A stretch of 63,917 bases of DNA, the filler included, from Phoronis australis (Eukaryota; Animalia; Phoronida), in NCBI GenBank assembly GCA_002633005.1. It is 6 parts of 6 records of this genome, joined end to end, with 100 filler letters (N's around TTAATTAATTAA, not from the genome) between each part and the next. Parts side by side here need not be neighbours in the genome. Positions count along the whole stretch, not along the records: positions 1 to 27,321 come from NMRA01000016.1; 5 more parts are not named here. One strand, given 5' to 3'. Position numbers and translations under genes: made by a program. The notes beneath the pieces were generated by a model. That model saw only the letters and a program-made list of their open reading frames with translations. It was not told the origin of the DNA and did not search any database. Shown one piece after another: positions 1 to 12,691 of the stretch; position 1 is the stretch's first letter; each line of letters begins with the position of its first letter.

Positions 1-2709
1 GGGGGGCGCAAAAAATAAAACAGTAAGAGCGTAGGGAAATGTTGAGTTTATTAATTAACCCCGGTAATTAAAATTATTCGGATGAAAAAAGATTTAAATG
101 TGTGCAGTTTTAGTGTTGGGGGGGGGGCCAAATCCAATTTCAAGTGTCAAATTCGGAACACGGCGCATTCGTAACGGAACTATGGCTAAGTACACTGTAT
201 AGGCTCTCCCGCGATATCCCAGGCGACCGGCAGTGGAGCTGCGCACTACGAATCCGTTTCTGTCGTCTGCTCCACTGTGCAATGAAGAAAGTTCATTTTT
301 TAAAGAAAATGGAACCTGAGTGACGATGAAAAACAGAAGCTGCTGGTAAGATGTGAATTTTACTGGAAGCCTTAGTGAATCACTAAAAAACTCGCAATAC
401 TTTCTTTGTCAAATCTTATCTTAAGACGTTTCCCAAAGCAATCCCGTCATTATTGCCAACACGAAAAACGGATTTGGTCTTTTGGGAATTTGAAGACTAT
501 TTTAAATACGACAAATTTGTTAAGAATTGATGGCACAAAATATAAAACGTGTAATAAGCATTTCAAAAACAAGTAGGTCTCGCGCGCAAACGCTGTGGAC
601 CATGAACAAGTAGGTCTCTTAGTGTACGAACAGTAGTTAAGTCGTGGTGGTGTAGTGGTAATGCACGCGCGTTCTATCCTCCAGGTCGCGAGTTCGAGTC
701 TTTGGTACTTGCAGTTTTTCCTGTTTGACACGTTCTCCGTGTTTTTTTTTGTTTTTTTTTTCTTGGATAATGCTTGATTTTTAGCTGAAACGCGTTCACT
801 TAGCTGTTGTGTTCGTCGAAGCGTTTTCGGGAAGTGCAAAAAACTCATCGATTCCACCAAGAACGTCGTTTGGCGACAGTGCATTTGCCTCTGACTTCTA
901 GTTTGTTTGTCTAGTGTCACGTGACGTGACTTAGCAAGGGGGCGGAGCTTCTGATACGTCAAATACTCCACGTGATAGCTAGGACCTTAGGTCAGATTCT
1001 CTGATATATACAGGCTTTCGAACAGCGGCCTTTGTACAAATCTGTTGACGAAGCACATGCGGTCCGATCGTAGTCGTTCTCCGATGGACGAGGCATACGC
1101 GCACCGACTCAGTTTAATGACATCAGGGGGCCTCCAATTTTGGGAATGTGGACCTTTTACCGGCGCGTCACCGAAGTCCACTAAAAAGGCAGGAACTACC
1201 AAAATTCGGCGAATGCACAACTAATATCCGCTCTGTTTGTACCCCGCGAAACTTAGTAAACGGCAACCTCTCGAAAGTTCGAGCCCCCCGGCCCCCCCCC
1301 GATTTTTAGGCTGGCCGTGCATGTACCCTGTGCTTAAACTCCACTACCATGGACTAATTCATAGTCAGATACTGAACATTGTAGATTGATACAGCACGTC
1401 ATAGATTGGTGCCAGCGAGATAACGTTCGTACTTTGAGTTATTCAAAGGTTAGAAGGGACCATAGCATGCCCTGATCCGTGCAGAGACGGACCCTCGAGA
1501 GCCGGTCGAATTTGAGTCATGGTCCGACGTAGTGCACTTGTTTAATTGTAGTGTAGTCCGTATCTGACATCAAATTTGTGTTCTTGATTGCCTGGCTTCG
1601 CGGACGAAATAAGTAAGTTCAGTTGTGAATTCGTCGGTCTGCTATAGTATCACGCGTGGCAAGGATTGAGGGGTCAGCCTTCATGGTTGAACGTTAGAGG
1701 TCGTATGCGTTACAACGCTGAACAAGAAAAAAACGTTTGTCTGATTTTTTATGCCGGTCAGTGACGAATTACGGTCTCTGGCCGGGTAACGTCAGAGCCG
1801 TTCTGCATATATGACTGACCCCTCCGACTCACCATTTTAATTCGCTGAAAATGCTGCTCATTACTTCATTAAAAATATGAGGCACAACACTATCTCACAC
1901 TCCCGGGACCGACGCGCTGATCGATGTGTTGAGCAAGTCGCTCTCCCTGGACTGGGCCTAAGTCTATAGACTATTACACTCTTACAGTTATGCAGTTCTG
2001 TCGTCGGCCAGCCCTTAATTGTATTGTCGGCATTGACGTGAGTACGGCCATTTGAGCACACCATCTACCTTGAAAGTCTTGAGACTAAAACTAAAAATTC
2101 TCGTGCTTTCTTGTATCAGATCATATATTATGTGATGTTGATGTATTGGACGCATCCTGTCAGTTGTTGATGCATGGCGTAGCCGTTGACGTGTGTTCGT
2201 GTACGGGGGGGGCTACCACCGGCTGTCTGGCCCCCATGAGTAAAGGCAGTGATCGTCCCATAGCTATGCAGGAAGCTTTCGGCGAATTATACCACAAACT
2301 CATATGAGTACCTTTTGCGCGGCATGGATGGGCGGCGCGCAGCACTGAAAAAAGTGTGGGGGGGCCTAAAGCCGCCTATGCATAGAAGAACACCTTCAGG
2401 TGGCCCCACCGTTGCGGGTGTCTCTTCCCGCCACGAATAACTACTGGAATCAAACTTTTTTCGAACAATCCTTCGTTCAGTTTCCCAAATCTGCCGGAGT
2501 ATTTGTTTGACGGCTGGGAAGCCGAGTTATAGACCGTCCGGAACAGCCTCTTAAGGTACTTATAGCAACACAACTTTGATGGTTTATTCGGTACGAGGTA
2601 TAATTTGTGGAAAAGCTTTTGGCGTATGGCGAACATTTGGGATGGCCACCGACTCTACAGGGCCATTTGAGACGGTGGTGTCTGTGTACGGGTCCGCCGT
2701 GTCCTTCCT

Positions 2710-2956
2710 CATGTGCGCACCCAGCCTTAAAAATGGGGGGGCTATAATTTTTAAGAATGTGGACCTTTCATTAAGATTCACGGGGTACATTCAGAGCTAT
2801 GAATTATGCATTTGGCGAATTTTAGTAGTTCCTGCCTTTTTGGTGGACTTCGTCTCGTTTTCTACGTTTTTCGGAGTTTTTGTTTCTCTGAGGCTGACTT
2901 TTTCTCCCACTTCGTCAAAATCGGGGGCTCGTTCGAGCCCCCTGGGTCCGCGCATG
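2710..2956. mobile_element. MITE, CATG-N-GCACCCAG family (related to 10234-10603)
   Basis: TIRs CATGTGCGCACCCAG / CTGGGTCCGCGCATG. Internal gtggacctt, gtggactt and ctctgaggc blocks are shared with 10234-10603, 10813-11025 and ~1130-1325. Confidence 0.65.
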
Positions 2957-3594
2957 TACCTGCATTGCAAAAAGCCTTGTGAGACAAATCTGCAGTGAGT
3001 GGTTAGGCATTGTAAGCAATTACTGGAAAGTCGTGTGGCGATAGTACGCGTCCTCATCTTAGTGAATAACATCGAATATAACGTGCGACACATTGAGTTA
3101 TAATTAGCACATACCATGTACACTGGGGACAACTTTGTCAATAGAATTTAGATTTAAGATTTTGTTCCAGACATATATATATATATCATATTAGCATCCA
3201 TACAAACACTGTTAACGAGCTAGTAATACAACAGAACTACACAAAGTACATGTAATAATAGTAAAAGAAAAGAGATCGGGGACTACAATTTTATAATGAT
3301 GCTGTCACTGAACGAATATCAGAACAGTGTAGTAGGTCACTTGTAGAAATAGCTAAGAGAAAGGGATTGACTGAATTGTCAAACCACATGAAGACGATAC
3401 GTAACACAACACTGAAAGGCAGTACAAAGATGGCTGTAGTACTGAAACTTTTAGAAAAGCCTAGACTAACGTCTGAACGCGCTATGATAAGCTGTATAAA
3501 GTTTGTTGTAGTCTGATTTAAAATTCCACCTTGTTCGCTAACAACAAGTATGATATACATGTAATTCCAGATTCTTTGTGGGACATAACTTACG

Positions 3595-6500
3595 ATGTTC
3601 CGACGATACATTGCACTCGCCTGTGTAGTCTCTGTTGCCTACTGGCTGTACTTGCCGTTACCAGAAGGTGGCGAAGAACCAGTGAAAACTCGTCTGATAC
3701 TCTCCGTCTTCAGAGCGTTAACCTCTATGGTAGGCATGTTGAATATCGTGCCAAGGATAGTAGATAGAACTGTTAAAAACTCGCATAGTACTATAGTAAA
3801 TACCATTAGACTACCACAACTCAATTGGACGAAATGGTACCACGTAGAAGCTCAGTTGGTTTAATAAATGTTTCAGTCATGGGGATTGAGTCGCCAAGAA
3901 TGCCATCTATGCCCTCTATCGGGATGTCTGCAGTGTAGCACATCTTGTCGCCTTGCATAGTAAATGCACGGAATGCTGTTGTGGAAAAACTGCACCTCCA
4001 ATTGGTTCATTGCTTCTGGGGATAATTATGGGAGCGTTTGGATGAACTTCCCGTATGCAACTATTGGTAACCACTGGCGGATTTAGAGGGAGGCCNNNNN
4101 NNNNNNNNNNNNNNNNNNNNNNNNNNNNNNNNNNNNNNNNNNNNNNNNNNNNNNNNNNNNNNNNNNNNNNNNNNNNNNNNNNNNNNNNNNNNGACGTTTT
4201 CAAATACTTATTTTGTTTTGTACTCAAGTGTGATTTGCTCGTGTGAGTCTGGCGAAAATATCGCGGGAGTACTTTCTCAGATGGCGTGTACTGGTGGTGC
4301 CATTCAGATGGGTTGCTTTTTGAGAATAAGCGTAAGTAGCTTTGGCGAAACTTCCCGTTAGACGGTGCCGTATTACACATCGACACTTGAATCTCTGCCG
4401 CAGAAAGCTGGATAAACCGTGGCGGGATGCGATATTTTTCGACGTGATTCCTGGAATCAGCCAGCATTTTTATAACGAGGCCAATGTAACAATGCGTTTT
4501 CGTGCCTCCAGAACAAAGAAGATTTCCATCCGAGATAGCCGGCTTTTGAGTCGGGGGTCATTCTTTTGTCATACGTAATTAGAAACGCTAATCCTCTATA
4601 TTAGAAATAAAACAAAAGCCTGGGTTCCACTTCAAACCTATGAACCTAAACAATGGTTTTCAAAGATGCTGTGTAAAGTTAAAAGATTGGAAAGTGATGT
4701 GCAAACCTGCATCAAACGGTCAAAGAAAGAATTCCGCGGTTATCTCATATCCTTTCCTAGGTGTCCGCATTAAATTACATCGGCAGTTACGACCACCCGT
4801 TGAGCCTTCTACAGACACTTCTTGACTCCGAGAACTCCAGGAAGTTTTTGAGATGTGAACCACATCCAGGACTCAAGGTAAATGATATAAGTATCGGAGA
4901 TTTCCTGTTTTTCATCCTAGGATCATTGGTAATGTTTCGACACCCTTGAAGCAAAGTTCCTACAGAAGGTGTTCTAGGTATATTGGTCGACCTTGTGTTT
5001 TTGGCTATTGTACTGTAATGCAATTTTGAGTTATTTTTACGTAAACGATTTTTAGAAAGAAACACTAGTCCTTTAGTTGAGCCTTACTTCCTGTTGAAAA
5101 CATTTGAAAAGCCACTTTGGGTCGCTTAGTTGTTGCATTAGCTTACTGGTCTGTATGCCCTGGCACTGGCACTCATTGGGTCACAAAATAGCATGCATCT
5201 GCGCCCGAGTCCTCTAAAACTTGCGCCTCAACGCTGGCATCAGGTGTCGCATTCAAGATAAATAACAAGGATTCCGATCCATTCCATGTTGTTTCTGGTA
5301 TTATTTTTTCTTTTTGAAAATGTATGGACAAACAAAAATAGGACTTCATCGCATCAGTCTTCACGGTTCTGAATTATAACTATGCCATTTTCTAGCCTTG
5401 CATCGTCTCGATCATCTACACTGTAGGTGTCCAACCAGGCATTTGACGGGATTCCCGTGCGTGTATATGATCCTGAGGGGCGCAGCAGAAACTCGGCAGC
5501 TGTGGTGTATTTCCACGGAGGTGGATGGGTGATCGGAAATATAGGTATCTTTCAGCCGCTGTAAACCAGCTTTCCGTCACAAAAAACTGCTTTTGATTCA
5601 GATAATTTACCGTCATGAAATTGATATCAAATTTTTTCTTAGTCATATTAGATGTAATTTCTGGGCTAGTAAAGAAATAACAATTGAGACCAGGTTCTTC
5701 AATTGGACTTGTCATGAGGTGCCATTTTGTTCGGTGAGCATGCATGGTCTGGACCAATAACAAAAGCTGTTCGTTCTTTTCGAGACCAAAAGTCACTTAT
5801 CATCTGAGTGAAGAACCGGTTGAAACCAATTTTATAGTGATAAGTGTTCTAAAACAAAATTTAACTGTTTTTTTCGATGGAACGCAGGTTCATAACCGCT
5901 TGAAACGGTTTTGAAGCATCGTGAATAATGGAGTTGTGACTTATGAACTATGCAGCAAGCATCCATTGCTGCTTCTGTAAAATACTTGTCAGAGCAGAGT
6001 GCAAACAGGTTACATTATGGACGCTATGACAACAAAAACATTGCGGCTGGAATCCATAAGCATTCATCTAATTCTCTGTGAGACCACGATGTATGGAATT
6101 TCTCTCACGTGGACGAATGCTTGACTTAGTCTGACATTGAAATAATCGCTTTTCAGATCAGTATGACTGCCTTGTCCAACAGCTGGCACTGCGAACTGGA
6201 GTGATGTTTGTTTCTGTTGAGTAAGTGTCCGTTTCTCATTGAAATTTGCCAGTAATTGCAGTTATTGAATTCTTTCGTGAATGAAAACGAGAAAATCTGT
6301 GTAAAGTCATGCTCGTTAATTTCAGTCAACTTTTTGTCATCATGGCCAAGGCGTATGTTTTTACCAGAAAAACATAATATTGTATTGAATTTGCATCGTG
6401 GTTTCCTATAGTTTTCGATTGCGTTCGTTTCTATTTCGAACAGGTACCGTCTGGCACCAGACCATCGGCATCCTGGCGGTGTGGATGATTGCGTTACAGC

Positions 6501-8763
6501 CACAAAATTCTTGATGAACAATGCAGCCTCATTTGATGTAAATTCCAACCGCATCGCTGTCGCAGGTAAATGTTTACCCGGTTTGTCGTCCGGAGTTCGA
6601 CCCGGCAAAGAAACCGGCACCAGTTCGGATATCGAAGAAGCGCTTCTATATCGCAAAGGACTCTATGGTAGTCTATGCTGGGCTATAGGAAGTGGGGTGG
6701 GATGGGAGTGATAGAGCCCATGACCCTCAGGATGGGTGGATCCAGGATTTTGAGTTGGGAGGGGGGCAGGGCACAGGAATAACCAAAATTTCGCCACATG
6801 TGCTTAAACCCAGCTTAAAATGTAGGGATGTAGGCGTCTTGAATTTTTGGGTTTCTGGACCTTATTACTAAAAAAACGGCTAAACGGGTTTGTTCAAGGC
6901 TATACAGTGTGCATTCGCCCCCGAGTTCCCTTTGGTGTGCGCATTTGCCAGTCACTAATTCGCACCCTGAACTGCCACATGGAATCTGGGAGAATTTGAG
7001 GGGAGATGCCATGGCCCCCCTTGCCCCTCCCCCCTAAACCCGCCACTGCTCAATAATTGGCAGGCGTGTAGCCCAGTTGTTTGTAATAAGGTTCGTCTGA
7101 ATGCCTTTAAAAATCTACTATTAACTACAACCTTCCATGAAGCACCAGAAAGCTTGTTATGCTCAGACTTTGAAGACCACAAATTGATTCCGATTTTTAG
7201 ATTCAGGAAGAGACTGCACTTCTCCAGGGAGCCTCGTTGGTAAGGGATAATGGAGACTTCTGTCGCTCTCCGATATGCTTATTTTCTGAAATTTCTTGAA
7301 AACCTGACCGAGAGGGATCCTGATGATACCATTAATTGCTTCTCATTTTCTGTTTTGAAATTACATTTCCTTTCGTGAATGGAGGCTGTTGGGAGTGACG
7401 TCATTAAGTGCATTTGGGTCTTTAATGAACTTGGATGCAACATGAACTTTCGGGAGCATTATGCCGTACGACCCCCAAACAGCGGAATATACATTTATAC
7501 TAGAGGGTTTTTGCCATAATAAAATGACCGACTAAAAAATTGGTGTTTCCGAGAATTTTCACCGTAGGTTCATGAACTTCACACATAGGCGGAAATATAA
7601 TCGAAGATACCACGTTTATGTTCCGCCCACTCTGTTAGGAGTTGGTGATGCAATACATGTATGTATTTCTGTCCATGCTTCTCTGAGTTTCGCAGCCGGC
7701 GTTACTTTTGCCCTATAAAGAATTCACCTTTTTGCCCTAAGCGTATAACGCGTTCGGGTTTGATAGTGACCATTTCTCGTGAAATGTTGTTGAAATGCCG
7801 GTAACCAAGTTTCTAGTGGCTGGCTCCCTGGGGTTACCCACCCATACAGCAAAGTCCCCACGTCTATGACTTTTGATGTCTTTTGTGTGTATGTTTGTGT
7901 GTGTGTACGTGCGTGGACCAGGTGGGGGTGGCAGAGTATTAGTTTGTACCTCCGTCCCAATAATGTATACCTTCCTACATGCTTGCTATGCACACTGCTG
8001 ATGTGGTGAGATAAAAAGAATAATATATTACAGCCCACGACTCCTTTAATTTTAGAGCGTTGCACTTCTTCGTCTTGTTTTTTTTGTAGGTGACAGTGCT
8101 GGCGGCCACTTATCGGCAGTAACAGCCATGAAACTTCGAGATGAGGGCTATCCAATACGTCCAGCAGCGCAAGTGTTAATCTACCCAGGCACTCAGGCAT
8201 TTGACTTTAACACGCCGTCCTATCAGATGTACGGTCATCGCGGTGGTTTGTTAACAAAGAAGTTAGTTCTCCAATTCTGGTCCCTTACACACGTGGGTAC
8301 AGCAACGCCAGACGACATGGAGGCTCTTGCTACCAATGCACACGTCACCGAAGGACTATATTCCAAATTGTCTAAGGATTGTAATAAAAAATTGATTCCC
8401 AGTCAGTTTCTGGAAGGATTTAATGAAACTGATAAAAATGACAAACTTGCAAATGGGAAAAGAATTCATGCGGCGTATGAACATCTTCAAGTGTTATATA
8501 CGGACCCATATCGCTCCCCCTTATTAGCAGAAGACTTGTCTGGTCTGCCAAACGCTTATGTGTTGACTTTCGAATTTGATCCAATTCGAGATGATGGAAT
8601 AATGTTCGCTTCTCGTCTGCAAGCTAGCGGCAATGTTGTGCAACATAAGCACTATAATTCGGGGTTTCATGGTGTGATGAATTTCTGTTTACAAACGCCA
8701 TTATTAAAAATTGTGGACTCTGCCATCGATGACATAGCAGATTATATCAAGCAGAATGTTTAA
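3595..8763 (+). CDS. Arylacetamide deacetylase / neutral cholesterol ester hydrolase-like carboxylesterase (HSL family), copy 1; 6 exons, ~409 aa
   Basis: Exons 3595-3729, 4761-4877, 5427-5544, 6157-6220, 6444-6565 and 8090-8763, all with GT-AG introns and consistent phase (1230 nt). N-terminal hydrophobic anchor followed by YLPLP..EEP. Motifs: VYFHGGGW oxyanion hole, EYRLAPDH, GDSAGG nucleophile, EFDPIRDDG (catalytic Asp), GFHG (catalytic His). Confidence 0.93.
6731..7048. mobile_element. MITE, GGCGGATCC/GGATTT-AGGGGG family, in AADAC-1 intron 5
   Basis: Ends gatgggtggatccagg ... ctaaacccgccactg with G/C-run subterminal boxes. The same family occurs at ~4072 (cut by a gap), 14881, 56622, 59162 and 62904. 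Confidence 0.6.
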
Positions 8764-10233
8764 TTGAAGTGTTTGATTTATTACGTTGCTGCGGTTATGA
8801 TGCTGTTTTCTGGAGACGCATTTTTTGTTTTCACGGCATTAGTTAGTCCTTCTCAGTAATCTGCAGGTGCCCTTTCATATGGCTCGTTCTCAAACACTAC
8901 GAAGCGGTTATGGCAACAGGGGAACGGCATAAAAGCCTACTAACGTCCTCGATGATACATGTAATAATTGCAGGTATTAGGTGAGTTTCGTTACACAATA
9001 ACCGCAAACACAAACACATGAGTCACCAAATGTCACGAGTTTGTGACGTATTAAGTTGTGTCCCATCTTTTTGACTCGGCTCCACGTGTGTACTGTTAGC
9101 AAGTAGCGTTGAAGGAGCAAACACTTTACAAAGCCTAGTGAATCTTGCAGGCGACTGTTTAGACAATTACAGAGCTCCGACTACATGTTACACGTGAACG
9201 CGAATGTGTGAGTAGGTCTTGGAATTTTCCTCTTAAGAGGATTTCCTCTTTCTTGATTTCCAATTTCCTCATTTTTTCGTCTCTTTTTATCATTATTTTG
9301 ACTTAAGTCATGCAAAAACATTTTGCAGTTAAATTTTACAATGCAAAAAATATTTCTATCACAGAAGCCTTTGTTGAACGTCGATACAGCAACTAGAAAA
9401 TTTTCCTCTTTTTGTCATGAGTCATTCCAAACCCTATGTGAGTCACCAGAGGTCACAGCGCGGGAGAGGGGTGCGGGAAATAGGTGGCGACCTGGGAGAG
9501 GGGGTCAAAGCTACTACCGGGGTGACATCATCATATTCTTGCACCGGTGGAAACAATCAAGTTCCCGTAGGATTGCAGGGTCACCGTCCAGTGCATTTGA
9601 GTATTTTAACCAGCTCATCAATTTTAGAAATCGTTGGATGTCCATGGTGTATTTACATCAGGGAATAGATTTTTGCTTGAGTCCTTTACGTAAAGTGAAG
9701 ATTGATTTGTAAGTTGTTTCTTTTTGTCTTCGTGGGTCAGACTTACGGACTCATTTTGACTTGACGTTTTATCGAGGTCGCGTACGTAACCAACGCGTTG
9801 CCAAGCTGATGTCTTTGCATTACGACGTTTTCCCGTTGCTAAAACTTTTTTGATTCTATAGCCCAACAACAAGTTGGGAAGAGTACCCCTGTAGCCAATA
9901 TCTTACACATCTGATTAACTATTTGGTTGAAGGGCCAGCTCTCTTTTGTTCGATGATTGCTCTCATCTCCAATAAGATTGTATCTAGCTTGACTGGACTG
10001 TGCTGTTAATACAAAAGATAATTTATAACATATTTGAACATACACCAATAGCATTTCTGAATTCCTCGTCAAATGCTGATCCCGTTTAGGTTTTGAATCC
10101 CCAAAATCACCCAACTGCAACAGAAGTTACGACAATCTAGTCTTTCCGAAAGTACCGCTCTGGGTTAGACTGTATTCACACGTGGTCTGTAATGATCTTG
10201 GTAGATAATTGGTCCCTGCCTGTTGTCATATAC

Positions 10234-10603
10234 CATGCGTGCACCCAGCCTTCAATGTGGGTGGCTCGAATTTCTGTCGATGTGGACCTTTTGCCGACAA
10301 AATATCGCAGGACTAAAAAAAAAACTGGACTACCTTCAAAACCAAACTGTGCGTCTGCGTCTTTTTAGTGGACTTTTGCCTCGTTGTTTCACTGAGGCGG
10401 ACCTTTTTGCCCACTTTGCCAGGACTAAAAAAACTGGGTACTACCTTCAAAACTAAACTGTGCGTCTGCGTCTTTTTAGTGGACTTTTGCCAAGTTTTCT
10501 CGGAGATTTTGTTTCTCTGAGGCGGACCTTTTTGCCCACTTTGCCAAATTGGAGGGGGTCGTTCAAGCTCCCNCCCCCCCCCCCCCCCCTGGGTGCGTGC
10601 ATG
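10234..10603. mobile_element. MITE (hAT-like) with 6-bp TSD ATATAC and an internal ~110-bp tandem duplication
   Basis: TIRs CATGCGTGCACCCAG / CTGGGTGCGTGCATG. ATATAC lies at 10228-10233 and 10604-10609. The block ggactaaaaaa..actaccttcaaaac..gtggacttttgcc occurs twice. Confidence 0.85.
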
Positions 10604-12691
10604 ATATACCACACAAGATACTGTGCTTGGCAGTTAACAAAGGAGCTAGATGTTGTTACACGCTCACAACCCTCTACGACGGTCAGGTAAAGCCACTGAA
10701 CGGGAGAACGCCGTAATGCGGCCGCAGGATTTCAAAGTGCTCAAACTAATTTACTGTCGGCAGAAAAAAAAGAAAAGCGCTTTCCGTGTACGCGTCCAAT
10801 AGGCGTTGCCATCATGCACGCACCCAGTCTTCAGTATGACGTTGTGAACCTTTTGGTAAGAAAAAAGCGAGCGGACTAAAATAAAATAACGGGGACACCA
10901 CTGTGAATTGCGCGTTTGTGCTTGTTTAGTGGACTTTTGTCTCACTTTACTCGAACTTTTTGTTTCTCAGAGGCGAACCGGCTTTTTGCCCATTTCGCCA
11001 AATATCATGGGGGGGCTCATGCATGATTCACGCTTTTCCGAAATACGTCATCGTTAGGGTGTAGCCCAGAGGGTGGGTTATTTTCCGTAAGATTCTGATT
11101 GTGACATAATGGGAACGAGATTTTTAATGTGTACTTTCATTTAAAAGTTAATGAAAACGAGCTTTCATTAAAAAAGTCGTATAAAAATTTTTAAATGAAA
11201 GTACTTCAATAAAATCTGACCAATGAACGGCATACATTTTAATTGAAAAGCGTGTACCACGACCGACCGCCCCAAAGTGAATAGCAGCATTTTTTTCCAC
11301 ATGGGGCACGAAAAAACGTCTAATAATTCGGCCTAGTTTCTGCTGGTACGCGGATATTCAGCGCGGTTTACAATCTTTCCAATGGGTGTCGCTAGGTAAC
11401 ACAAACAGGTGATTACTTTTCCGATTAGGAGTCGACGACCTCTTTATGCTACAACAGCTGCCGATGAAGTGACCTGGGTGCTACACTTGACCCCTTATAA
11501 GTTTTACGCGTCATTTAGTTGGTATAGCCCTACCATAGACTGAGTATCTATTGTCCTATTGACTGAGTCTGTCATGTGACTGCAGAATGGTGTCAAGTCA
11601 AGTGTGAACCCAACGGCCGGGTCAGCCGACCCGAGCTACAAAGCAGTACAAAGCCAAAGGTGTTTTTTCGACGATCAAGGTTTGCTAGTTGTGTCATAGA
11701 TTCCCCGTGCAATTCATTATTTGTTCGCTTCACAGGTTGTATTTACTAGTAAACTTTCTTGTGAGTCTACCCAATGTCCACTGCGGGAAGTCTCATCCTT
11801 AGCATTAGCTAGGCAATGACCATCGCCTCTGTTAGCCCGAACAGAGGCAATGGTCATTTCCTAATCCTTAGCCAGCCAGCTAGCGTGAATTCAATGATCC
11901 CTGATAAGATTTTTTCAGTGTGGCTATTTCACTCACTAGTTTACCAGTACGTCTTTATCACATTGAGAGCCACATTGGTTCTTTTGAGTTAGCAAGAAAA
12001 CTTCTGACTGTTCTCTGAAAAACTCCAACCAGGCTTTGAAGTTGGCTTACAAATGAAATGTAGAATAGCCATTGTTGTAGAAGAATAACTCTGAGCATTT
12101 GACGAAATGCAAATGGGTTTACAACTGTTCTTATTTCAACTAGCATAACAACTAGGATTTCAAGTTCCATACAACGAGGACTTCAACTGGTAGTCGAGCC
12201 ACATATTTGTATGAAGCAACCACCTTAAATTTGACCATTTTCTCTATAGCCAGTTTAAAAATTGCACTTATGAGACTTGTAAGTCAACTGATGAAACAAA
12301 TTTCAACTCCTTAAATAACTGGAAATTATTCCAAGACCAAATTTCTACTGCTGTGCAAGTAGTCCTATATTACTTTTCACTGAGGTCTTGTACAGTAACC
12401 ATTCTTATAGCAAGTGACAGTTTTCACCCAGTTGAAACCTACTTCAGTTGTTGGACAATTGTAATATAACTGCAGAATAGCTAAAATTACTGTTTTATTT
12501 ATTATTTTGTTGTGGGATTGTAGTGTTTTTTGTGAGATGCTACCAATACCTCGTGCTAGTACTAGTGGTGTGCTATTTTTATCTTCAGAAAGGATGACCT
12601 TTGGGATGTATCATTAGATAAGGACATCTCATCTGAGGGTAAAGACAGGATATGTTGTGTGTATACTGTATTCACTGTTGTTCCTTTCAGA

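Noticed and set aside
450-971. 173-aa minus-strand ORF
   Set aside because: Low-complexity sequence with a non-ATG start and no motif or splice support.
9323-10120. Overlapping 80-130 aa ORFs between AADAC-1 and AADAC-2
   Set aside because: No recognisable domain or consistent splice structure. Possibly decayed coding sequence, but unsupported.
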